Below, piece by piece: positions 8,247-16,397 of a stretch of 30,583 nt of DNA. The DNA is taken from contig JBBQYG010000033.1 of assembly GCA_038208905.1 (NCBI GenBank), forward strand, positions 1 to 30,583, written 5' to 3'. How positions within the stretch are numbered: position 1 is the stretch's first letter; every line of letters begins with the position of its first letter. The DNA is from Candidatus Sumerlaeia bacterium. Lineage in GTDB: Bacteria; Sumerlaeota; Sumerlaeia; SLMS01. A program made the position numbers and the translations under genes. Under the pieces are notes generated by a model that was not told where the DNA came from, did no database searches, and worked only from the letters and a program-made list of their open reading frames with translations.

Positions 8247-9391
8247 TACAGCGCAGGCACATCCACCCACGCGCGGCGGCGCCAGGATTCGAGGCCCAGC
8301 TCGGCGAGCTGCACGCCCTTGGCCGCCTCGCGCAACGTCCATCGGAACGGGGCGTCCACGGCCACATGGCGGAGGAAAAGTTCCCACTGGGCCTTGAAGG
8401 CGTTGTCATACACCGCGTTGGTGGGCACGTCGATCCAGCCCTTCGGATAGTCGATGGGATTGTCGATGTCGGGATTCCAGATCGCGCGCGGCGTGTTGGC
8501 CGCGTGTTGGATCTTGCAGTTGCGAAGCCCTGCCACCGCCGAACCATTCACGCCGTCCACATGCATTTCGAAAAGCTCTCCGCGATTCACGCGCGTACAC
8601 CACGAGGAATTGAAGTGGCAGATGATCCCCTTCTCCGTCAGGATCGTCGCATAGGCCGCGTCGTCGGAGTCCGCGGTATAGGGCTTGCCGTTCTCGTCCC
8701 AGCGTGTCTTGAGGTGATTGGCGCCGATGCACGTCAGCGAGGTGACATTGCCGAAAAGGTTGTCGATCACATAGCGCCAGTGGCACAACATATCCACCAT
8801 GATGCCGCCACCGTCGGCCTTGCGGTAGTTCCACGACGGGCGCTGGAGCGTGTCGTGCTCGCCGGTGAAGACCCAGTAGCCGAACTCGCCCCGCACCGAC
8901 AGGATCTCGCCAAAGAATCCCGTGTCGATCAGGTACTTCAACTTCATCAGGCCCGGGAGCCACAACTTGTCCTGCACAGCGCCGTTCTTGACGTTCGCTT
9001 TCTCCGCGATCTGGGCTATCTCGATGGCCTCCCGCGAAGTTTCCGCCGTGGGCTTCTCGCAGTAGATGTGCTTTCCCGCCGCGATGGCGGCCTTCACTGC
9101 ATCGACGCGGCGATTGGTTGTCTGTGCGTCGAAATAGACCTGATAGGCGGGATCCTTCAGAAGCGGAGCCACGTCGGTGGCCCACTTAACGCCGCCGGCC
9201 TGGGCGGAGATTTCCTTCAGCTTGTTCTCGTTTCGCCCCACCAGGATCGGGTCCGGCATGATGACTTCGGAGTCGCTGACCTTTACGCCGCCCTGCTTGA
9301 TGATGGCAGCGATGGAGCGCAGCAAGTGCTGGTTTTTTCCCATGCGCCCGGTGACGCCGTTCATGATGATGCCGATGCGATGTGTCTTCAT
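8246..9391 (-). CDS. Gfo/Idh/MocA family NAD(P)-dependent oxidoreductase
   Basis: N-terminal Rossmann IGIIMNGVTGRMG, AGKHIYCEKP, GGGIMVDMLCHW; AAGGAG RBS. Confidence 0.92.
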   Translation of the reverse strand: MKTHRIGIIMNGVTGRMGKNQHLLRSIAAIIKQGGVKVSDSEVIMPDPILVGRNENKLKEISAQAGGVKWATDVAPLLKDPAYQVYFDAQTTNRRVDAVKAAIAAGKHIYCEKPTAETSREAIEIAQIAEKANVKNGAVQDKLWLPGLMKLKYLIDTGFFGEILSVRGEFGYWVFTGEHDTLQRPSWNYRKADGGGIMVDMLCHWRYVIDNLFGNVTSLTCIGANHLKTRWDENGKPYTADSDDAAYATILTEKGIICHFNSSWCTRVNRGELFEMHVDGVNGSAVAGLRNCKIQHAANTPRAIWNPDIDNPIDYPKGWIDVPTNAVYDNAFKAQWELFLRHVAVDAPFRWTLREAAKGVQLAELGLESWRRRAWVDVPAL

Positions 9392-9410
9392 GCCAAGGCT
9401 CCTTGTGTGG

Positions 9411-10760
9411 TTAGTCGAAAAACGTCAGGTACTTCTTACCTTCGTTGACCCGTTGCAGATACACGGCCAGCTCCATCGCGTGATAATCGCCCCACATGCA
9501 GGACTCGCCTTGGGGGACTGCCTTTCCCTTGGGGATACAGTCCCAGCTATTGGGGCGGTGATAGACGGAGTGCAGGATAAGTCCCTCGTGCTTCACGTCC
9601 TCGGAAAGATACGGCGCGGAAAGCAGAGTGCGCGCCGTCGCCAACCCCGCCTGCCAGTACTGCTTTCCGGCGGCGGTCGAGGTGCCCAGATAGCGGCCCA
9701 ATCTCAGGAGGCCCTGCGCGGTGATTGCCGCGGCGGAACTATCCACGGGCTCGTGGGGATTGTCGGGCTGGGAGGGCTTCTTCAGATGGTCGGGCATGTG
9801 GGCGAGGCCCGGTGCGCCCGTGTCCCAATAGGGGATCCCGTCGGTCGCCGTGTTCTCGATGTAGAAGTCCGCCGTTGCCTTCGCCGTGCGCAGCAAATCC
9901 TTGCGGAAGGCGGCATGGTCGGAGCCACCGAGCGCCGCGAAAAACTCGAGCTGCTCCGCCGTCCCCAGCATCACCCACGCCAGGCCGCGCGTCCACGTGG
10001 AGAACGGCGAGTAGCCCTGCTGCGTGCTGGGACAGCGATAGGCGCCGTCCTTCATGTTGAAGATGCTCTCGTGCACCACGCGACCCGGCACGTCGTATAA
10101 GTCGCGCCCCTGACCGAAATAGACGTTGTAGCGAATCGTGTTGGCGATGTGCTCGATGGAGCGCGCCAACAGCGAGAACTTGCGGTCTCCCTCGCCCATC
10201 AGCGCGTGGCCGAGCTTGTGGGCCACTAGCAGCGAACGGCACGAGCGAATCGTGTCGGAGAAGAGCGACTGCGGCCCGTTGAAGGAGTGGATGTAGCCCG
10301 TGCCATCGGCGATGGTGGACCACCGCGCGGCCTGCACCGCGCCGGAAACCTTGAGCGCCATGTCGTAGTAGGCAACACGGTCGGCGCCCTCGCCGGAGCG
10401 CCCCTCCAGCGCGAGCCGCCGGAGGTTCCCATAGGTCGAGATGTTGTTGAATCCGTGGTCGTGGACGCCGATGTGGCTGACGTGGGGCGCCATGTACTTG
10501 TCGGTGTTGCGGATGGCTATCTCGAGGAACCGCTTCTCGCCGGTCGCATCGAAGAGGAGCGCCTGGTTGCCGAACTGGAACCCTTGGGTCCACTCAGTCC
10601 ATCCGCGGGATGTGTACTTGCCGCGCCGCGTGAAAACGGGTGAGCCCTTTGCCGGGTCCCACGACTTGTCCAGCGCGGTGGACTTGCGCCCCGCCAAGTC
10701 CAGAAAGCGCTCGATGGGCTTCGCAAGCTGGACGGCGGTGAGTTTTGAATCGACCTTCAT
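9411..10760 (-). CDS. Glycoside hydrolase family 88-like (unsaturated glucuronyl hydrolase-like)
   Basis: WTEWTQGF, HDHGF, SDTIRS, TQQGY..STWTRGLAW, PYWD, DSSAAAI and WGDYH match the GH88 (alpha/alpha)6 motif series; no obvious signal peptide. Confidence 0.82.
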   Translation of the reverse strand: MKVDSKLTAVQLAKPIERFLDLAGRKSTALDKSWDPAKGSPVFTRRGKYTSRGWTEWTQGFQFGNQALLFDATGEKRFLEIAIRNTDKYMAPHVSHIGVHDHGFNNISTYGNLRRLALEGRSGEGADRVAYYDMALKVSGAVQAARWSTIADGTGYIHSFNGPQSLFSDTIRSCRSLLVAHKLGHALMGEGDRKFSLLARSIEHIANTIRYNVYFGQGRDLYDVPGRVVHESIFNMKDGAYRCPSTQQGYSPFSTWTRGLAWVMLGTAEQLEFFAALGGSDHAAFRKDLLRTAKATADFYIENTATDGIPYWDTGAPGLAHMPDHLKKPSQPDNPHEPVDSSAAAITAQGLLRLGRYLGTSTAAGKQYWQAGLATARTLLSAPYLSEDVKHEGLILHSVYHRPNSWDCIPKGKAVPQGESCMWGDYHAMELAVYLQRVNEGKKYLTFFD

Positions 10761-10819
10761 GGTGGATCGTCCCGCTGTTCGAGGATACCGAAAAGGTCCA
10801 CGAATGCCCTTGAGGCGTC

Positions 10820-10858
10820 TTGGGCAATGGGGCAGATTCGATTAGCGGATTGGGCAAT
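10820..10858. promoter_or_regulatory. Direct repeat TTGGGCAAT x2, candidate AraC operator
   Basis: Identical 9-mers at 10820-10828 and 10850-10858, plus a partial GGGCA at 10830, in the divergent GH88/AraC spacer. Confidence 0.45.
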
Positions 10859-10878
10859 TCTTAGGACCGAGCCTCGCG

Positions 10879-11721
10879 ATGCCTTCCTCCAAACCCGTTT
10901 CCATGGCAATTCCCCCGGGTGGCGTCCTCGCCGCGGAAAGCGTCCACAGCCGCCAGTTCCGCATGAGCATGGAGAAGCACCCGTTCTACGAACTGTATTA
11001 TGTCTATAAGGGGTCGCTCAGCTATTTCGAGGAGGGGATGGTCGATCCGATTTCTCTGCCTCAGGGATCCTTCTATGCCATCGACAAGGGTCGCCTGCAC
11101 CGGGCATCCGATCAGACCGACGTGATCCTCCTGCTCCTGGGCTTGTCAGCCCCGTTCGTCGATCAGGAACCGGAGCGAGCCGTCCTATGGCGGAGCCTGC
11201 GAAGCCGAAGCGGCGCCATCCTGATTCCCGAGGACCATGAGCGCCAGCGCATCGAGGCGGCCTTCCGCACGATGCTCGCCGAACAGGCCGTCAGCCGCCC
11301 CGGCGGCGCGATGATGATCGAGGCCGAGGCCAACCGCATCCTGGTGACGCTGGCGCGCCTCCCCGACGACTGCACCATGAGCAGCTCCCACACGCGCGTC
11401 GCCAGCGTCCTGCGCCGCATGGAGGAGACCTTCTTCGACGAGTGGGACATGGACGCCGCCGCGCGGTCGGCGCATCTCTCCCGCCGGCGGTTCTCCTCGA
11501 TCTTTCGCGATGTTTCCGGCAGCAGCTTCCTCGACAAGCGGAACGAGCTGAGGCTCGACCACGCGGCGCAGCTCATTCTGGAGAGGCGCCACAGCATCAT
11601 CGGCGCGGCCTTCTCCAGCGGCTTCGGCGATCTAGCGCATTTCTATCGCCTATTCCGGCGCCGGTTCGGCGCCCCCCCGGGGGAGTGGGCGCGTCTGCGC
11701 AGGGAGCAGGAAAGTAAATAG
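10879..11721 (+). CDS. AraC family transcriptional regulator
   Basis: N-terminal cupin-like HPFYELYYVYKG; C-terminal double HTH (AHLSRRRFSSIFR ... AAFSSGFGDLAHFYRLFRRRFGAPP). Confidence 0.93.
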   Translation: MPSSKPVSMAIPPGGVLAAESVHSRQFRMSMEKHPFYELYYVYKGSLSYFEEGMVDPISLPQGSFYAIDKGRLHRASDQTDVILLLLGLSAPFVDQEPERAVLWRSLRSRSGAILIPEDHERQRIEAAFRTMLAEQAVSRPGGAMMIEAEANRILVTLARLPDDCTMSSSHTRVASVLRRMEETFFDEWDMDAAARSAHLSRRRFSSIFRDVSGSSFLDKRNELRLDHAAQLILERRHSIIGAAFSSGFGDLAHFYRLFRRRFGAPPGEWARLRREQESK

Positions 11722-11799
11722 CAGCCCCGGACTCCCGCCTTGCGCCGGTGCGCCTGGCCGCTCATCCTGAACCCGAATGCATTCATCCCCCGAAAAGCC

Positions 11800-12387
11800 A
11801 TGATTCCCCTGAACGTCGGCCTCGATGCCTGGATGATCCAAGAGGGATGCTACGACAACTTCTGCGTCGGCGACCAAGTGGATTTCGTCCTCGAGTTCTT
11901 TCCGCGCTGGATGAGCCACAGCCGCCCGGAGGTCCGCGAGGTCGAGCATCTGGGGAACTGCTATTACCGCCTCCGCGCGCGCATCGTCTATCGCGACGAC
12001 TCCCTATGGATCATCGACGCCGGGTTCCGGGCGTTCTGCTTCGGCCAGATCAATCCGCTGATTCGGCGCGGCAACTGGATCGAGTTGGAGGTGTATCTCG
12101 GCCTGGACACGAAGTGCGGCGCCTACCGCGATCGCATCGCCGAGCTGATGGCCCCCTATCAGGTCATGAGCATCCGCCGAGACACCGCATTCCGCCGCAT
12201 GATGCAGCGCCAGGAGAATCAGGCCATCTCCCCCGGCAGCCGCCTGGTGCTCGTGGGGGCGGGCGGCGCAGAGCAGGACCACCCCATGCCCCCGGCGGCG
12301 GAGGTGGAGGCCACCGACGCTTGGGACGACGACGGGGGCCGCGCCCACTACGTGCTCCAATGCGACCCCATTCCGGGATTTGGCTGA
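11800..12387 (+). CDS. Hypothetical protein
   Basis: ORF with protein-like composition (WMIQEGCYDNF...TDAWDDDGGRAHYVLQC) fills the gap between araC and the GT4 gene; ATG 11800 chosen over TTG 11740. Confidence 0.7.
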   Translation: MIPLNVGLDAWMIQEGCYDNFCVGDQVDFVLEFFPRWMSHSRPEVREVEHLGNCYYRLRARIVYRDDSLWIIDAGFRAFCFGQINPLIRRGNWIELEVYLGLDTKCGAYRDRIAELMAPYQVMSIRRDTAFRRMMQRQENQAISPGSRLVLVGAGGAEQDHPMPPAAEVEATDAWDDDGGRAHYVLQCDPIPGFG

Positions 12388-12464
12388 GCCGGTGGGCACC
12401 AATCACGTTGACCTTGGCCGGGCCGCCCGGAGACTAGGCAGAGACTTCCCACGATTGTTGGTTC

Positions 12465-13739
12465 ATGGCCAGACGCCTCCGCATCGCCCACATCATCGGC
12501 AACCTTGAAACCGGGGGGGCCCAGAACCTTCTGCTCGAGATCATGCGTCGGCTTGATCGCAAGCGATTCGATCCCTTTATCCTCTACTTCAAGGACCCGG
12601 TGCATTTCGCCGAGGAAATTGCCAACCAAGGGTGGGAGTGCCACAAGGTGCACGCCAGCCGAGCCTATCGAATCGGTGAGATCGCCCGCCTCGCGCGGCG
12701 CCTCCGCATCTATCGGCCAGACATCGCCCACACGCACTCGGACTTTGCCAACTTCGCGGGCCGCGCCGCCGCCATCTGTGCGGGCGTTCCCCATGTCCTC
12801 GTCCACTATCAGAATACTTACGAGCACCGGCTCACGCCGCAGTTCCGCCGAATGGAGGCGCGCCTCGCCTGCCGCACGGATGCCTACATCGCGTGCTCGG
12901 GGGGCGTTGAGAACTTCCTTGCCCGCGAACTCGACTTGGGCGACCGCCCCGTCCACCTGATGCAGAACTCCATCGACCTGGCCCCCTATCGGGCGGCGGG
13001 GGAGGACCGCGCGGCCGCGCGCCGTCATCATGGAATACAGGATGGCGTCTTCCACATCGTTCACACCGCGCGACTCGAGCCCCACAAGCAGCCTCAGCAG
13101 CTCCTGCTCGCCCTTAGTCTTTCCACCACTGACCCAAGCCGCTCGCTCGGGAACTGGCGGGTGACGTTTGTGGGCGGTGGATCGATGCGCGACGAGTTTG
13201 GTCCGCTGCTCTCCAAAATCGACGGCGAAGCGGAGGCTCGCGGCGGCGAGGCAATCTCGCCGCGGGTCCACTTTGTCGGCTGGTCGCGCGAGGTGCCGGG
13301 CTGGCTTGCCTCGGCGGATGCCTTCTGTCTGGTATCAAAGAACGAGGGGCTCCCGCTTTCCCTCGTCGAGGCCATGGCAGCCGGGACTCCCACCATCGCA
13401 TCGGACATCGTGGGGCCGCGCGAGGTCATCCCCGACGAGCGATTCGGACTCCTCGTCCAGTCCGACCGGCCCCAGTCGATCCTCGACGCGCTTCTCCGAT
13501 ATCGTCGCGATGCCGCCTTCCGGGAGGGCGTGGTCATCGCGGCGCGCAAGCGGGCGCTGGAATTCTCGAGCGAATCCTTCGTCGAGAATCTCGGGAATCT
13601 CTACGACGAGCTGGCCGCGTCGCCAGGCATCGCAAGCCGGAACAAAATCGGATTATTCGCAAAGGTAGCGATGCTCCTTGGGCTGCGCGCCTCGGCGCGG
13701 TCACAGCGCCACGCCTTCCGCGCTGGGGGAATTCGATGA
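12465..13739 (+). CDS. Glycosyltransferase family 4
   Basis: HIIGNLETGGAQ, ARLEPHK and SKNEGLPLSLVEAMAAGTP motifs. Confidence 0.93.
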   Translation: MARRLRIAHIIGNLETGGAQNLLLEIMRRLDRKRFDPFILYFKDPVHFAEEIANQGWECHKVHASRAYRIGEIARLARRLRIYRPDIAHTHSDFANFAGRAAAICAGVPHVLVHYQNTYEHRLTPQFRRMEARLACRTDAYIACSGGVENFLARELDLGDRPVHLMQNSIDLAPYRAAGEDRAAARRHHGIQDGVFHIVHTARLEPHKQPQQLLLALSLSTTDPSRSLGNWRVTFVGGGSMRDEFGPLLSKIDGEAEARGGEAISPRVHFVGWSREVPGWLASADAFCLVSKNEGLPLSLVEAMAAGTPTIASDIVGPREVIPDERFGLLVQSDRPQSILDALLRYRRDAAFREGVVIAARKRALEFSSESFVENLGNLYDELAASPGIASRNKIGLFAKVAMLLGLRASARSQRHAFRAGGIR

Positions 13740-15073
13740 TGGCCGATGGGGTCGCGTCGCCATCTTCCGGCTCGGTTCCCAATCATGGGAATACCACCCG
13801 CGACCGCGTGATGCAGGCCATTGCCGGGTGCCTCGGCCTGATGCTCATGTTCTGCAATATGGAGAACAATTCTCGCGTCGGACGCGTGGCGTTCACCGTG
13901 GCCGCCATCGGGTTGTCGTTCTGGTCCCTGCACGTGGGTTGGCTGGGGGGGAGGCATCTACGCCGCTTCCTGCCCCCCGTCGTCGTCGTACTGGCCGCGA
14001 TGCTCGCGTCCAGCATCTTCTCCATCGATCCGGGCTTTAGCCTCAACACGCTCTTCCGCCAGCACGTCTGGTTCCTGATGCTTTTCCTTGCGGTGGGAGC
14101 ATGGTCCTCGATTCCCAGGCACCAGCTGCATTTTCTCCGCGGCCTCCTCGTGGCGGCGGGCTTCGCCTCCTCGGCGGGGGTGCTGCTCTACTACTTCGCC
14201 CATGACCTCCAGCGGCTCGGCTATATCGGGAAGGCCAGCAGATTCGTCTATACAGCCCAGGACGCCGAAGGCCGCACGTACTACCGCGCGGCGGGGCTGA
14301 TGGAGAGCTACACGCGCTCCGCGATGGTGTATATCATTGCCATGCCCGCGATCGTGGCGCTCTTTACGGATGCGTGGCGCAAGGGGCGCCGAATCGAAAT
14401 GGGCGCCTGCGTCGTCGTGTTTGCGATGGCCGGCTGGTACCTCCTCCTCACCAAGGCGCGCGGGGCATGGCTTGCCACTGGGGGCGCCTGCTTCCTGACG
14501 ATGATCCTGCTGCGCTACAAGTGGTGGCTTCTCTCCGTTCTCCCGATTCTCGCCGTGGTCGCGCTGGCTGTTCTGCCCTCCGAACGCGAACGCGCCCTCA
14601 CACTCTTCAGGCACCTCTCCGATCCCAACCTCGTGCTCTCGGGGCGGCTGGAATTGTGGAGCCTGGGCTATCGCCCCATCGCGGAGAATCCCCTCGTCGG
14701 GGTCGGCTATGGAGGGAATATCTTCCTGACGAAAGCGGGAATCGCGCGCTACGAGCTGCGTTCCGTCAACCACCGCCAGCCCGACCTCCATAACCTCTAC
14801 CTCCAGACCATCGCGGAGGTGGGCATTCTGGGTGCCGTGGCGTATGCATGGTTCCTATTGCTTGTGCTTCGCTGCGGAATCCGCGCGCTACGCCGGGAGT
14901 GGAGGCAGCCCCAGTACATCGGCCTGGCCCCCGCCATGGCGGCGATGGCGGCGATGCTCGTGGTGGGAGTGGTCTACTACATGAACGAGGATCATGTCGC
15001 CCAGATTTGGTGGGCGACAACGGGCCTGATCGCCGGAGCATGCGCGCGGCGCAAGGAGCGCCAGGTGCCCTAG
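13736..15073 (+). CDS. O-antigen ligase family (Wzy_C) membrane protein
   Basis: Many TM segments; LLTKARGAWL, RLELW, GVGYG and HNLYLQTIAEVGILG motifs; ATGA overlap with the GT4 stop. Confidence 0.9.
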   Translation: MMADGVASPSSGSVPNHGNTTRDRVMQAIAGCLGLMLMFCNMENNSRVGRVAFTVAAIGLSFWSLHVGWLGGRHLRRFLPPVVVVLAAMLASSIFSIDPGFSLNTLFRQHVWFLMLFLAVGAWSSIPRHQLHFLRGLLVAAGFASSAGVLLYYFAHDLQRLGYIGKASRFVYTAQDAEGRTYYRAAGLMESYTRSAMVYIIAMPAIVALFTDAWRKGRRIEMGACVVVFAMAGWYLLLTKARGAWLATGGACFLTMILLRYKWWLLSVLPILAVVALAVLPSERERALTLFRHLSDPNLVLSGRLELWSLGYRPIAENPLVGVGYGGNIFLTKAGIARYELRSVNHRQPDLHNLYLQTIAEVGILGAVAYAWFLLLVLRCGIRALRREWRQPQYIGLAPAMAAMAAMLVVGVVYYMNEDHVAQIWWATTGLIAGACARRKERQVP

Positions 15074-15197
15074 TCAACCATCGCCTGCGCCACTGATCCG
15101 GGCGTGGTTCACGGCGAGTGGATCGCACGCATTTCTAGCTCACCGTCTCCGCGATTGCGTCCCCGCCGAGGAAATCGCGCTCTTTCGCGAGGGCCTA

Positions 15198-15238
15198 TTG
15201 GAGGTATCCTCCAAGGACGGCACCCAAGCGGCGCCGTC
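15198..15238. terminator. Tandem hairpins between convergent genes (possible terminator or REP-like element)
   Basis: TTGGAGG-TAT-CCTCCAA (15198-15214, perfect) and GACGGCACC-CAAGC-GGCGCCGTC (15216-15238, one mismatch); no clear U-tract. Confidence 0.4.
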
Positions 15239-15256
15239 GCACGGCCGGCTGGCCGC

Positions 15257-16201
15257 CTAGCGGGACTTCGGCCGCAGGCCCATCGCTTCTTCCACCGCCT
15301 CCACTTTCGGATCCGAAATCCAATATGCCGCGCGCTGACCGCGAAACCAGGTTCGCTGACGCTTCGCGTACTGCCGGGTGGATTGCGTGATCGCCGAGGC
15401 CGCATCGCTCTCGTTCATTTCGCCGCGATGCAGGGCCAGCGCCTCGCGATAGCCCAGAGCCTTCGCGGCGGGGGAGTGGGGCGGCAGGTTGCGCGCCGCC
15501 AGGTGCGCCGCTTCGGCGGGCCAGCCCGCTGCCAGCATCGCTCCCACGCGCCGCGCGATTCGCCGCTCCAGTTGGTCGCGCGGTAGGTCGATCACCACCA
15601 GCGGGGGAAGCTCGCCAAGGGCCTCGCGCCGAAGTCGGTCGCGCGCCATCCACGCGGAGTGTGCCTCGCCCGTGAGCAGCCAAACCTCCAGCGCCCGCTC
15701 CACCCTGACGCGGTCGGCCGGCGGAACGCGTGCGGCTGTCGCGGGATCCACAGCCGCAAGGCGCGCATGCATGGCCTGCGCGCCGAGACGCCCGGCATCG
15801 CGGCGCAGCTCCGCGCGCAGTGCCTCGTCCCGCGCGGGACCGTCGAAAATCCCCTCTCTCAGCGCCTGAATCCACATGCCCGTTCCGCCGACGACCACAC
15901 TGCGGCGCCCGCTGGATTCAAGTTCTTCCCGGGCAACCCGGGTGGCTTCCGCCAGGAAGCGCGCTGCGTGGAAATCCTCTCCCGGTTCCGCCACCGAAAG
16001 CAGGTGGTGGGGCACCCCGCGGCGCTCCTCCATTGGGATCGCGCCGGTTCCGACCTCCATCCCGCGATAGACTTGCATGCTATCGGCGGAAATGACGGCC
16101 AGCCCGTGCCGATCTGCCACCTCCGCCCCCAGCGCGCTCTTGCCGCTGGCCGTTGGCCCTGCCAGATAGCCGATGATCGGGTTGGCTGCGTCGATGGTCA
16201 T
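15257..16201 (-). CDS. miaA: tRNA (adenosine(37)-N6)-dimethylallyltransferase
   Basis: GPTASGKS, ISADSMQVYRGMEVGT, VVVGGTGMW, ALGYRE and TRQYAKRQRTWF motifs; start MTIDAA at 16201. Confidence 0.96.
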   Translation of the reverse strand: MTIDAANPIIGYLAGPTASGKSALGAEVADRHGLAVISADSMQVYRGMEVGTGAIPMEERRGVPHHLLSVAEPGEDFHAARFLAEATRVAREELESSGRRSVVVGGTGMWIQALREGIFDGPARDEALRAELRRDAGRLGAQAMHARLAAVDPATAARVPPADRVRVERALEVWLLTGEAHSAWMARDRLRREALGELPPLVVIDLPRDQLERRIARRVGAMLAAGWPAEAAHLAARNLPPHSPAAKALGYREALALHRGEMNESDAASAITQSTRQYAKRQRTWFRGQRAAYWISDPKVEAVEEAMGLRPKSR

Positions 16202-16277
16202 AGGTAACTGTTGGCCAGGTCCTCCCAGCGCCGCCACCGGAGAGTGCCGCGCCAAGGTGAGAGCTGGTCTTCTTTGC

Positions 16278-16340
16278 TTGACCCCAAAACTGAAGCAATT
16301 TAGGGTCCATGCAGTTGTGCCTGATTCTTGCTAATCAGGC
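16278..16340 (+). promoter_or_regulatory. Putative sigma70-type promoter of rpoN with downstream palindrome
   Basis: TTGACC (16278-16283), N17, TAGGGT (16301-16306); inverted repeat GCCTGATT-N6-AATCAGGC at 16319-16340. Confidence 0.45.
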
Positions 16341-16397
16341 TAAGTCAAGGTAGATCAAGAGTCGGAATCGCGCAGGAACTCCAGAGGTCCCCACCCC

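Noticed and set aside
5679-10100. Large + strand ORFs over the sugar operon (5679..6578, 7360..8397, 8366..9448, 9177..10100)
   Set aside because: Antisense shadows of well-supported - strand enzymes.
16265-16278. TGGTCTTCTTTGC as a sigma-54 promoter upstream of rpoN
   Set aside because: GG-to-GC spacing is 8 nt rather than the obligatory 10.
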